Of a DNA stretch of 64,000 bases, positions 12,125-25,500 are shown piece by piece (the first letter of the stretch is position 1; every line of letters begins with the position of its first letter). This DNA comes from Antedon mediterranea (taxonomy: Eukaryota; Animalia; Echinodermata): NCBI RefSeq assembly GCF_964355755.1, contig NC_092679.1:15421432-15485431 (forward strand), read 5' to 3'. The notes under the pieces were generated by a model. That model saw nothing but the letters and a program-made list of their open reading frames with translations, searched no databases and was not told the origin of the DNA. A program made the translations under genes and the position numbers.

Positions 12125-15100
12125 ATGTCTGTATTTGGAAATGTTGTTCAAGTTAGATATGGCACTTATTATTACCAAGTATTTGTTCTCATATTATACG
12201 CTATATCGCCTGCGAACACCGATTCCGATTACAGTAAGTATAAATTGTCAAATACGTTGACCTAGGCCTAATTGTGTAGTAATTGCAATTACATAAAATA
12301 GTATTGTTTGATTTGTTCGTGGCCAGTGAAGGAAAGGAGCAGTTTTCTAACAAAAATTCCTTTATGGTTGCGGCACTGTAATTTGAATCTTCTAGAATTG
12401 AGAAGCAATGTACAATCGAGTTGAGTATGAAATTAATTATAGTCCAACGCGGAACTAATTTTCCTCTATAGAGAGATTTTCTAAAAGTACTGTACAGAAA
12501 ATAGATGTATGCATTTTCTTACTGCTATTTGGTACTGAATATAGTTTTACTCATTTTTTAATACTTTTTAATCCATCTGATACAGAAACTTAAGATTTCT
12601 TTTACAATCTATAACTTGTTGTGACGTCATCATTTGATCTATTATATAAAATTTTTTAATGCAGATGAAATTAATAATCATGACATTTTTTCTTTTATGC
12701 TTAAGGAATGGAACATATATACGGACAAGATATCCGTATCTGCCTACCAAGTTCATCTTGTGACAACCGATGCGGATCCATTTTGAATGGTGGAACCGCA
12801 AAATGCAGCTGCGATGCACAATGCTCAATGTTTAGAGACTGCTGCTACGATTTTACAGATAAATGCGAAAAAATTACCAGGACAGAAGTTCAAAAAGAGG
12901 ACATGTCCTTTAAAAAAAAGACAGAGTGTTTGAATACGGATTCAACCACAATAGATACGGGCTATCATGTTATTTCTAATTGCATAAACACAACAGAAGA
13001 AACAATCACTAGGAAATGTGAACATCCAGAACAACAGAAGATCATAGAGCAAATTCCAGTAACAGATCCTTATGGAAACGTTTATAGAAACTTTTATTGT
13101 GCATCGTGTCATGGCTTGCAGACTGCAGACTTAGTCGCATGGCGCATGTCTGTTTCTTGTGATGAAGGTGATGTTCACAAAGCATCCGATGACGACTCTA
13201 CAATAAGTATATCTAACGTTACGAAACACACGTTGCATGAGAAACTTCTTGGACAAGATGTATTCTGTCAATCATATAAATACACACCTCCAGTAGATAG
13301 AAAGCGACCACGTCCCTGCATGTTAGGAAAAGAAACCTGTCCATACGGCATCGTGGATGAACAGATTAAACTCGGTTGTTCTGCTTATTCCGCCACTGTG
13401 TATGTTGGTTCACAGCCTTATAAAAATCCACATTGTGTAATTTGCAATGGCTATTTAAATGAATACAGTTGTCAACAGGTACTGTTTAGAAAAGGGCCAC
13501 CTGGTCCAAAAGGTGAACCTGGTGAACCTGGTATCTTGGGTATTCCTGGTGAACCTGGTATAATGGGTCACGATGGATATCCTGGTTACACAGGTCAACC
13601 GGGTTTTATAGGACCACCTGGTCCAGAGGGTAGTCCTGGGCTGCCGGGTAAAGATGGTTCACCAGGATTACCAGGTCCACCAGGTTCACCAGGTCCACCA
13701 GGTCCAGATGGCGTTTCTGATTTAGAAAGTCAAGAAGGCCCTCCGGGTCCAGACGGTCCACCCGGTGTAAACGGCATCCGAGGCCCACCAGGTATACCAG
13801 GACTTCCAGGGCGTATGGGTTTGGTTGGAAACAATGGTGCTCCAGGATTAGATGGTGCAACTGGTTCAAAAGGTCCTCCAGGTGAAGAAGGTCGGTCTTG
13901 TTCATATCGGGGCCCTAGTCAAAGTAATCAATTTGAAGATCACCGAATTAGTCGCAGAGACATTCCTGAGACATGGAGTTTCTCTATTCAACCAGGCCAG
14001 CCTGGACAAAAGGGTTTTCCTGGTAGACCAGGGTATCCTGGCGCAAAAGGTGATGATGGTTTACCTGGTATACTTGGTGAACCTGGAAAACCTGGTCCAT
14101 CTGGGCCACCTGGTCTACCAGGCTTACCAGGTGCACAAGGCCAAACTGGTTTACCCGGTCCACCTGGTGAGCCTGGTATGCCAGGTGAGCCTGGTTTACC
14201 AGGTCTTACTGGTCCAATAGGTAAATCTGGTATACCTGGTGTAAAAGGGCAACCTGGTCCACAAGGTTTACCTGGTATACCTGGCTTCGATGGCTTCCCT
14301 GGTAAAAAAGGTATCAGAGGGTCAAAGGGTTTACGTGGTCCACCGGGTCGTCATGGTTCACCGGGACCAGATTGCCATTTTGATACACGCCTTGGTACAA
14401 AAGGGGACCGTGGTCCATTTGGTGAGCCTGGAATAAAAGGACACACTGGAGAAATGGGCTCCCTCGGTGCACCAGGTCTACCAGGTTTATCAGGTTCACC
14501 GGGTACACCAGGTTTACCGGGTCTACCAGGAAGACGTGGTCCACCTGGAAAACCAGGTTTACCCGGTAAACAGGGGCCAAAAGGTGCACCAGGTCCACCT
14601 GGTCGACCTGGGAACGGTAGGCCTGGTCCACCAGGTTTTCCTGGTGTACCTGGTTCAGATGGTGAAATTGGGTTACCAGGAAAGCCAGGCTCAAATGGTT
14701 TAGACGGTGAAACGGGTAGACCTGGCGTTCCCGGCCGTCTTGGGTTACCTGGTGAAGATGGTGACCCCGGGCAAGAAGGTCGTGTGCTTCCTTTTGTCCC
14801 CATTGGTCCTAATGGTTTATATCCAGATCTTGGTGGTTGCTCTGGTACATATTGTACAGGAACAGGAACGGGAACAGGACCTTCTTTCACGACGTTAGAT
14901 GTTCTCGTTAACTTTGAAAACGGTAAAATAAGCTTGAATTCTGAATATATTAAATATACTGAAAGTCCGATAATATGCAACACAAAGCAAGTGTACGATT
15001 TTATCAAGAAGGAATGTATAGACTTACAGTGCCGTGTTGGTTATACACTGTCTGCTGAAGCAACGTGTGTGCCTAGTCAGAATCCATTAAGGGATGATAC

Positions 15101-17341
15101 GCCTAACTTAGATATAAACAGACCTGCTTCACCTAAATGTAATAGCAAACCTCCAGGTATGCTATCTGAACTCTTCTGCTTGTGTCAAAGTAAGGAACAA
15201 ACTCTGAATGTAAATTATGTAACTGAAGATCCTAATTCTACCGAAGACAGCTTGATAGATCATTTGCTTGAAAGTACAGTAGGAACTGACATAATCGTTT
15301 TCGACCAGAATATATCGCCTAATCCATTCCTTAGCATGGATTTCATGACATCCGAATGTTTAGATATTGTTTATTTGTCGTCAGTTGTTACAAAATCGAT
15401 TTACGCTAAAAAAGGAATTTCTTTGGTAAACTTAGTACATAACTGCTTTGGAAACCAGTCCACAAACACTGAATGTGTCACTAACACAATGTCTGCAAAC
15501 AATTTGATAAATTTGAACGGTACAAGGACGATTCGAAACGACAAGAAATCAATACAGGTGCCACTTGATGGTTATACATTAGACCTGACCTTTGACATTC
15601 AAAATGATTCTAATGTATGCGTAAGTTTGACGCTGAACACATGTATTGATACTTCCGTTACGGGTTCTTGTCCATTGATTGAACTGGACTACAATTCATT
15701 TGTAATTCAAAGTAATAACACAACAATAATGCACCAGGCCACTGGAAAAGTATTCACTTCTGGAGAGTACAGTCTGACAGAAAATGACACTGTACTTGTT
15801 TGTTCGTTCTTCAATCAAAAAGCAGAACCGCTTACGACAGTTATATTTCTTTATTCTGACACACTACTAGTTGTGAATATGATTGGGGTTATTCTTTCTC
15901 TGATTGGTTTGTTCTTCACATTTACAATACGATGTGCAGTAAAAGAGCTGCGGACACATTCCGGAAGGATTGTAATGAACTTGTCTTTCGCACTTTTTAT
16001 CGCCCAGTTGTTTACTCTACTATTAGGTTATTTTCGTGGCAACGCGACAGCTTGTAGTGCGGCGGCGGCTTTTCTCCATTACATCTGGTTAGTAGCTTTT
16101 CTCTGGATGAACTCAATGGCAATCGATTTGTTTCGCATCTTAAATTCGATTCAGCTCACAGTTCGCGACACAGACCAGAACAGACTTATGTACAGAAGAT
16201 ACTTCCTGTACAGCTGGTGCATTCCAGCGGGTTTCGTCAGCATTCTTTCAGCCATCCAGTCTTCAGATTTCCCACGGTTTTACTTCAAGTATGGCGACGA
16301 ATCTGTTTGTTGGATTCGTGATGAATTTGCTAGTCTTATTGTGTTTGGGTTGCCGATCGCTTTGGTCATTATTGTCAATTTTGGTTTGTTCATCTGTATT
16401 ATATACAGGATTCGGAAAGTAAAACAGTCTACAGCCGAGATTCAGACGAACATATCAACAGGAAACAAGATATCAACGGAATTGAAAATATATATCAGGG
16501 TAAGCTTAAGTACATTCGGTAGAAATAAAATCATAATTGTATAAACAAATTGGTGACTCTGCATATGATACTACGTTATATCCAAAACAAATAAACAAAC
16601 AATGTAGTATATTTGCCACAATTGTTTTTACCGTACTGTATGGCTTTCTCAAATAATGTAAGATATTGGTGTTGGAATATTTCGCCTATTCAGTAGAATT
16701 CTTTGTTTCGACCTAATTTCACAAATGATCATTCCTTATTTGGTCTAAAATCTAACCTCTCACTTTTCCCTATATGCCTACATTATTACGCACTTCCGTA
16801 TCACAAACTTCTAATGTTGATTTACTAGTTAGTCATGGTTGTGGCATTGATCGAACGGCTACTTTGTAAGACATCTCAATGTTGACATCACTTCAGTTTC
16901 TAGAGAGAAAGAATTTGTCTCCAACTTTCCAGTAACCTCAAACAGTCTTTACAGCATTTTATTACAGCACATCTTTGCCATATTGCCGACAATGTTTTCT
17001 TTACTAAATCATAATGTTAGAAAATGAAGATTTCTTAGTTGCCCTAACTGTAAATGTGTTTTCTTGTCTTACAGATTTCCACCATAATGGGCTTAACTTG
17101 GACATTTGGATTCCTTGCCTCTTTCGTTGATCATATAGCAATCTGGTATATCTTCATTATACTCAACACGCTACAGGGACTGTGTATCACCATCGCATTC
17201 AACGCTAATCACAATATGTTGACGATACTTCGAAATCGTAAAGGTTTACACCAAAGTTCAACTGAAGAACATAAATTGAAATCTAGAAGTAGGTCCAATG
17301 AATCGAAACCTACAAAAGTGACAGACACTAACAACTTATAG
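12125..17341 (+). CDS. Family-B (secretin/adhesion/Methuselah-like) 7TM GPCR with somatomedin-B domain and a long collagen triple-helix ectodomain, ~1389 aa
   Basis: Exons 12125-12233 (hydrophobic signal-like peptide, phase 1), 12706-16499 and 17075-17341 are phase-consistent. SMB: CDNRCG...[17 protein letters not shown]. Repeated [11 protein letters not shown] / [11 protein letters not shown] motifs. Gly-X-Y at 13494-14783. 7tm_2 motifs: [40 protein letters not shown]. Confidence 0.9.
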
Positions 17342-17530
17342 GACCAAACTTTCTATCAATAAAAGTTTGAGAGAAGACAATATTGAAAGAAATTGACATT
17401 GAAAGTTATAAAACTATACTCGTGTGAACCGAGAGCTTACAAACTCGCTTGGGTTAATAGGTAATAAACCAGTAATAAACTTAACTTACGTCAAGCGAGT
17501 TTCGTCTAGCTAACAAACTTGACTTCGTCA

Positions 17531-17595
17531 GTTCATCTCTGACGAGAAGCTATAAGTTCATCTCTGACGAGAAGTTATAAGTTCATCTCTGACGA
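17531..17595. repeat. 25-bp tandem repeat (~2.6 copies)
   Basis: Unit gttcatctctgacgagaagYtataa at 17531, 17556 and 17581. Confidence 0.8.
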
Positions 17596-17699
17596 ATCTT
17601 CATTCTTGTAGATTAAGAATTCTAGGTTAAGTCTCTTCTTTATTACAGCTTAGCTGATTTATTTATTTACAATTGTTTGTGTTTGTACATAAATGTAAG

Positions 17700-17918
17700 A
17701 CTACTGATCGTGATATCGTGGGTTTGAATCCAATGCTCGTCGCATTCCTTGTATCCTTGGGCAAGACACTTTACTTAAGTTTGCCTCTATCTACCCATAT
17801 GTACAAATAGGTAGCTGTATTATGGGAGTATGTTTCCATACATGTTTGATAAAAAATGCCCGGGGTATGTACAGTGCTTAGGGGTTTCATTAGGTGCTTT
17901 ATAAATCCAGGATATTAT
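17700..17918 (+). mobile_element. Degenerate tRNA-derived SINE
   Basis: B-box-like gggtttgaatcc, SINE-core-like tccttgggcaagacactttac...tgcctctatctaccca and an L2-like tail ctttataaatccaggatattatt. Confidence 0.5.
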
Positions 17919-18584
17919 TTACCTCCGCCAAGGAGGTGTATGTAATCGGTGTGTAAGCGTGTATTTGTTTCTTTGTTAGCAGGATTACTCAAAAAGTAAT
18001 TACAACATTTACAAAAATTAATATACAGATAGATATGTGGTCAAGGACCATTCCATTAAATTTTGGGACCACTTAGGACCATGGTCCCAATTCTGGACCA
18101 CTTTTTAGTATACTTTTCAGACCTGCTAGTGTTACAAGATAGCACAGAATTTTCCAAAGCCGGCGAGCAGTCTTAAAGCAACAAGCAAACTGAAATTGCA
18201 TTTCTCGAGAACTACTTGTTCAAAAGACTTCATTTTTGTACAAGAGGCAAGAGTTATAATTTGTGATTTGTAATTTTAAAACATAATTTGATTTAATGTA
18301 CACCTTTGTTGATGCGAGTAGTTTAAAAACCCCATTTCTTTTCAAATTCACTCGTTTGATTTTCACGTTGCTGTTGTTCTATTGTTAGTCAACTGAAGCT
18401 ATTGTTAATTGAAAGGCTCGTTACATAACCATTACACCAAACTCGCATACACATGCTTGTAGTAAAATTAGCCTAAATCACAAACAGCATCAAGATTCAA
18501 GACACACAAATTTACCGGTGAAATCTTATGTAGGAGAATTTTACAGTAGGCAGAGGTATGCACTCTCGGAGTGGCTTTCTAGTT
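17919..18584 (+). mobile_element. Helentron/DINE-1-like non-autonomous element
   Basis: 5' acctccgccaaggagg hairpin/subTIR, GTTT microsatellite, and 3' ggcagaggt + hairpin cactctcggagtg + ctagtt. Same family as 52955-54720. Confidence 0.6.
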
Positions 18585-19212
18585 ATTAATTGTATTAGAA
18601 AAAGGAATCGGTGGGGATGGCTGGTAGGGGAACAGTATTTTGTCTGTACTAGTTTAATCTTAAAAATAACAGTCAACAACTAAATATCATTCTACAATGA
18701 ACATCTGATTTGATAGTAGTGTTTATTTATTTTGACATACACATTTTAATGAGGAGCACTTTGACAATAATAAGTGCAATTTATTCTATAGCAGTATTTC
18801 TACAAACAATTAGAGGTAATTAGTAATTTAACCTAATTATATTAATATATATTATATCATATTATATATCATACATTATATATTATTATACTATGAATGT
18901 ATTTAATGCAAATATTTTCGTACAGTAAAAACCAACATAATTTTTTCATTTAGATTAGTTTGTTTGTACTACAGTATGTCTGTCAAACAATACTCTTTAT
19001 ATTATTTTGAAATACAATTAGTTTCTAATACTATTTAACAGAACTTTATCTGGTGAGACATAATAAGAAACTTGCCTAATTATCTGGTGCAATTTGCACC
19101 AAATAAAAAAAATAAAAATATGAGTTATTACTGAGGAATTTAATAAATATAAATGCTACTCATGATAATTAGAAACGATGTCAAAATTGTTATACTGCAG
19201 TTATTGCAGTTA

Positions 19213-19352
19213 CTTTAAAACCTGTTTAATACAACTGTTTAAACCTGTTTAATACAGTTTACAACTATTTAAACCTGATTAATGCAACTATTTAAACCTG
19301 TTTAATGCAACTATTTAAACCTGTTTAGTGCAACTATTTAAACCTGTTTAAT
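19213..19352. repeat. 23-bp tandem repeat (~6 copies, degenerate)
   Basis: Unit tttaaacctgtttaatgcaacta; caacta recurs at 19262, 19285, 19308 and 19331. Confidence 0.8.
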
Positions 19353-19580
19353 TCAATATTTTTTGGGCTATGATTTATAATATATGCAATATTAATCTAT
19401 TTAGTTTAAAACCAACTTAATAATATACCTAGATCTTGTGTTTATGTAAAGTTAAACAAATTAAGCAAATTGTTTGCTTAGTTTTACATCCTACGTTTTA
19501 CGTCTCACAAAAACCTGCGTTTTGTTTGCCCTTTCATACATTACTTCATTTACCAAGGTAGACGCAATATTCAACAGCTT

Positions 19581-22500
19581 TTAGAAGCATCCTGAGAACT
19601 GGTTTGCAAGAAGCTTATCCAAATAACTAAACATAAAAATAAAATTGTATGTGAATACTGCAAAAATTCTCATTTTTCCGCTGACCACATAACAGGGAAT
19701 TTATTTTCCTATCCAATAAATCGGTAACAGTATATTTTTCTAGTTGAGGTCTGGCCCTACACACCAAAATTATCTGCTACATGCACAAGCGCAACTTGTA
19801 TTACATACATACGCAAGGTATATAGTAATACCGAATGTTTAGAATAGAAATCACTGATCATGGTCGTGTTTGTTCAATTGCTTGTGTCAAATTCATGCAT
19901 AAAGAAGTAGTGTTTGCTAATCCATAGTTAATCTGGCCTTCACTGCTTGCTTTAAGAACTCTAGATAAAAATGTGTATTCCGGCACTGTACAATTAAGTC
20001 CCGAATATGAATATACTGTAGATAAAAATGTGCATGCTGCGTACATAACAGTACAATTAAGTCGCGAATATACTGGATTTCTGTGCATGTATATTTCCCA
20101 AAACATTGTTAATTTCTTTGTTAGTACAGAATCGTAAATGTAGGAACAGCTTATCTTACCTGGCATTGTATTGTTCAACTCTCCCTTTCAAGATGTTTGG
20201 ACCAAGATATTTGCCTAATTCTACCAAACACAGACTGGCTGCACTGCTCGTCAAGGCACTGTCACAAGACTATACATAAAATAGATGAATACAAAACTAT
20301 AATGAATATTTATGACTTTGGTAGATAAAAACTTTTTTATGAATTTACATGTATTGCTAACTGTTTATTGAGCAATTTACTCAAAATTAGAAAACTAGAA
20401 TTGCTCTATTGCTCAAGTGTTTATCGGAGAAACTGAAACTTAAAACAAGTAAACATTTAATATTTTCTAGTTAAGTTTCACTTGTTCCGGTTTGCTGATT
20501 TATAATGGTCATTGAAAATAAGTTATGGGTTTTCCAAGTAATATTTTTAAAACATCATTCATCAACCTATTGTAATAAACCAACAAATATATCAAAGGTA
20601 ACCATGACCAATAAATTGTGTGATTTCAATGTATAATCAAAATAACTGATTACAGTATATCTTCTGGAATTCAAACATGATATAGATATGAATGCAATAA
20701 AACCAGTCAAAGTTCATTCAAAGTGGTAATATAAGTTAGTGTTTCTGAGTGTTTATAAACCAGTCCAGAAAGACTACCCAAAGTGGTAATAAGTGGTTGC
20801 AGTGTGTTTATAAACCAATGCAGTAAGTACCTGCTCTTCTTGTATAGTAAATCTGATTCTTTTTTTCTGTTTATTTCAATGTATTTGCTTCAACACTGTC
20901 ATATAAAAACTACTGTACCCGCCTACTTTGTTTAGGAAAATTGTATTGACGGCTGCTGAGTCACAGAGTTGAAAAGATTACACAAACTTTACCCGGTTAT
21001 AGCTCAGATCATGTCTAATAAACAGCTCTTGAGTCATAACATGGTGAAATGTATTTGTAGTATAGCATTTATCTGGTTCCAACAAATACTAAGTGGGGAT
21101 TTTAACTTTTATGTTGAACCTATTAAACTGTAGTTATTATTATACTTATTTTTAACATGACAACTTCTTTAAATAATTTTAATAACCATCCAGTCTCTTA
21201 TTTTCGTTTTCACAATTCTACTCTAAAAAATAAAAAAAGCTGTATACTATCATATTTGAGTAAGGTTTAATTAATATAGCTTTGTGTTTGTTGATTCCAG
21301 TATTGGTAAATATGTTTTGGCAAATTGATATAGAAAAGCAAACTAAATATTTGGACTGTTTGTACATTAATGTGCAGATTTTGAATTTCACTTTTAATAC
21401 GGGCTGGAAAGAGAGCAACATTTCACAGTCAAAATGTACACACCCGTACCCTCTATCGTAAAAACCCTATTGCAATGTTTTATACACAACAAATTATTAT
21501 TTTATAATAAAAGATATGAAAATAAATAAGAAATATTTTTCATTTATAGATGTCTTCTAACCAGGAAATACAGATGTGTTCTACTCATAATCTAGAATTA
21601 GAGTTCTTCTGTTCAACTTGCAAGAAAGCTGCTTGCACAGAATGTGAACATTTTCTGGATTGTCAGCAAAAACATGAAATGATTAAAATGAAGTCTGCTA
21701 TTGATAATTTTAATCAAGAAACAACTGAAGTACTCAAGATAGCCGAGGACGTTAAAAAGGATTTGGAGGAAACCTTTTATTCTATTAGTGAGAATTTATC
21801 TCACTTTAAAGATCAGGTAGATTTATGCAGAAAAGCTATTGAGGTTCAGGAGAAGAAACTTATCCAAGCAGTTCAAGCAAAAATTAAAGGATTGATTTTG
21901 GAACTTGAAGAAAAGCAAAAAACAATTGATGAAGATATTTCTGGTCAATTTGTAGATCTTGATGCAAGGAGAGATCAAGTTAATGATGAAATTAAATCGG
22001 TAAATTTAATACTAGACCAACCAGAAAAATCTAACACTCTTTCAAACTATAAGAAAAGTATCCTTAATGTTAAAGATAAGGTTTGTGGTATCCGTAAGGT
22101 ATTTCATGGAAAAAGTGTCACACCAATTTTTATTCCATCTACTAATGTAAATGGTTTGATTAACCAAACTGACATCGGTGAAGTGCTAATGGTTAATACC
22201 AATTATACAATTGCAGAATCAGATAGACAATTTACTGTTGCAACAGGACAAACTTTTAAAGTCAAAGTATCAAGTCTTGAAGAGGGTGAATTAACTGCCG
22301 TTTTTACTTCTGACTTCTGTCAAGAATCTGCCATTAAAATCAAACACCAAGGAAGTGGAGAACACATAATACCCGGTAGATGTGATAAGGAAGGTAATTT
22401 TCAGCTTAAGATAAGTGCTGAAGACGTAGAGATCAAAGGATCACCAGTAAATATCAAGGTGGAACCGCTTGGACTTGTGCATATTATTGATAACATTGAA

Positions 22501-25500
22501 CAGTATAAAGACCATCAAAATAACTATCGTGTTATGGATGTTGAAGTAGACATGGATGGTTGTATATTAGTATCAAGTGGTAGCAGAGAGGTTCTAAAAT
22601 TTGATCAATCAGGTTTATTTAAAACTAAAACAGAAATGACACAAAATGTACAAACCCTGCATCAAATGAGTGATGGTAGAATAGTAATCAGTAACACAAA
22701 CTGTGTTGTATTATGTAATGATAAGTTTCAAGAAATTCATAAATTTGGTGAAGGAACATTAACATATCCATTTGGTTTGACAGTTAACAAGGAAAATGAA
22801 GTCTTGTATGTATCTGATTGTGGAGCTAATTGTGTTTATAAATTTAATATTAACAATGGTGATCTAGTAGGAAAAATTGGATCAGACATATTGAAAGGAC
22901 CAGAACATATATCTTTGACCAAAGATGGACATCTGATTGTTTGTGATGCCCAAAATAGCAGAGTACTAATTTTTGATGATAACGACAAAATAGTAAGAGA
23001 AATAAAAGGAATACCATGGATTCAATACCCTTGTGGTGTGGCAGTTGATAAAGAGGAAAACATTTTAATTGTAGATCATATAGGTATACACTTGTTTGAT
23101 AAAAAAGGTCATTGTAAAAAGAAAATTTATTGCAGAGAATTCAGCAAGAAACTTATTTTTGCAAGCATCTGTGTAATCTCGAACAGACCTCGAAAGATAG
23201 CCGTGGCCAATTTCGGCACAAACGATGTTAAAATATTTAACTATTAAATTAAGTACTTTATTCAATAATTCTTTGGATTTCATAGATAACTGCTCCTCAC
23301 CCTTTGCATTTTCATTGCACATTTGCCCTAACAAAACCAACGAAGGTTGCAACTCTCTAACTTATAATACAATAAATTTATCAATGGGAGCTATCGTGTA
23401 TTTTCTTTCTCCTAAACTTAACTTTCTTTCAAACCAAAACAAAATGTGTATTATTTATTGGATTATGTACTCTATAGACCCACAGCAGCTAATGTGCAGT
23501 GGCAGTTAATGTGCAGTGGCAGCTAATGTGCAGTGGCAGCTAATGTGCAGTGGCAGCTAATGTGCAGTGGCAGCTAATGTGCAGTGGCAGCTAATGTGCA
23601 GTGGCAGCTAATGTGCAGTGGCAGCTAATGTGCAGTGGCAGCTAATGTGCAGTGGCAGCTAATGTGCAGTGGCAGCTAATGTGCAGTGGCAGCTAATGTG
23701 CAGTGGCAGCTAATGTGCAGTGGCAGCTAATGTGCAGTGGCAGCTAATGTGCAGTGGCAGCTAATGTGCAGTGGCAGCTAATGTGCAGTGGCAGCTAATG
23801 TGCAGTGGCAGCTAATGTGCAGTGGCAGCTAATGTGCAGTGGCAGCTAATGTGCAGTGGCAGCTAATGTGCAGTGGCAGCTAATGTGCAGTATACCAATC
23901 TACTCTTTTTGAATATTATATTGTAATTTATACATCCTCTGCATTTTTATTTTATGTTATGTTTGTATTTTTCACATGATGAACAAAACAAAAGTAAGTA
24001 AACAATTTTCATAACTAGGCCAGCAGCCATCTTAGTTTAAAAGAGAGAGAGAAAGATTTATTCAAACTCTTAGCAAAAGAACTTCCTACTTGTTATATAG
24101 GAAGACATGTATGCAAGTAATATATTGATGGTCAATTTTTTTTTCTGCTTTTTTCAGTGTAGAATTACACAAATTTAAAGTGTGGTTTGAAAATCAAGAA
24201 CAATTATTTTGATTTTTTAGATGGCTTCTATCAAAGGGCTACAGAATATATGTTCTACTCATAATCTAGAGTGCGACTTCTTTTGTTCAACTTGCAAGAA
24301 AGCTGCTTGCACAGACTGTGAACATTTTCTGGATTGTCACCAAAAACATGAAATGATTAAAATGAAGTCTGCTATTTGTGATTTTAATGAAGAGGCAACT
24401 GAAGTACTCAAAATAGCTGAAGAAGATAAAAAGGATATGGAAGAAACATTTTATTTGATTAGTGAACATTCCTCTTACATTAAAGATCGGACGGAGTTAT
24501 GCAGAAAAGCTATTGAAACTATTCAAGTAGTTCAATCAAAAATCAAGGAATTAATTATAGAACTTTAAGAAATGCAAAAAACTAAAGATCTTGATGGCAA
24601 GAGAGATTATGTGGATAATAAAATTAAATCGGTCAATTTGCTACTAGACAATCCAGAAGAATCTAACACTCTTTCAAACTATAAGACAGGTATCCTTGAT
24701 GTTAAAGATAAGGTTTGTGGTATTCATCAAATATTTCATGGAAGGAGTGTTGTACCTAATTTTATTCCATCTATACATATACATGATTTGATAAACCAAG
24801 ATGGCATCGGTGATGTGCTAATTGTTAATACCAATACACAATTGCAGAATCAGACAAAAAATTTACCATTGCAATGGGACAAAGATTTAAAGTTAACGTA
24901 TCAAGTCTCAAAGAGGGCGAGTTTACCGCTATTCTGACATCTAAATCTGATCAAGAATCCACTATGGTAAAACATGGGGAAAGTGGAGATCACATAATAA
25001 CAGGTATATGTGATATTGAAGGCGATTGGCAGATGAAGATAATGGCTGGAGATTATCAGGTTAAAGGATCTCCAGTGAATATTAAGGTGGAACCTTTTGG
25101 ACTTGTGTATACCATTGATAACATTGGACAGTATAAAGAGCATCAATATAAGTTTAATATCATGGATGTTGCAGTAGACATGGATGGATGTATATTAGTA
25201 TCAAGTGAGAGCAAAGAGATATTGAAGTTTGACCAATTAGGATCATTTCAAGGCAAAAAAGAGATGACTCAAAATATACGAACAATGCATCAAATGAGTG
25301 ATGGTAGAATGGTATTTAGTACTTCCACAAATTGTGTCATATTATGTGATAATGAGTTTCGAGAAAGTCTCAAATTTGGTGAAGGAATGTTTAAATATTC
25401 ATTTGGCTTGACAGTTAACAAGAAAAATGAAGTCTTGTATGTATCTGATTGTAATGCTCACTGTGTTTATAAATTTGATATTAATAATGGTGATCTGTTA

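Noticed and set aside
13606-15007. Several overlapping ORFs, including a 218-aa Pro/Gly-rich minus-strand ORF
   Set aside because: Shadow frames of the GGN-CCN collagen codons; no independent evidence.
23485-23891. CRISPR-like appearance of the 17-bp array (and of the 19-bp array at 32818)
   Set aside because: Head-to-tail units with no unique spacers, no cas genes, eukaryotic context.
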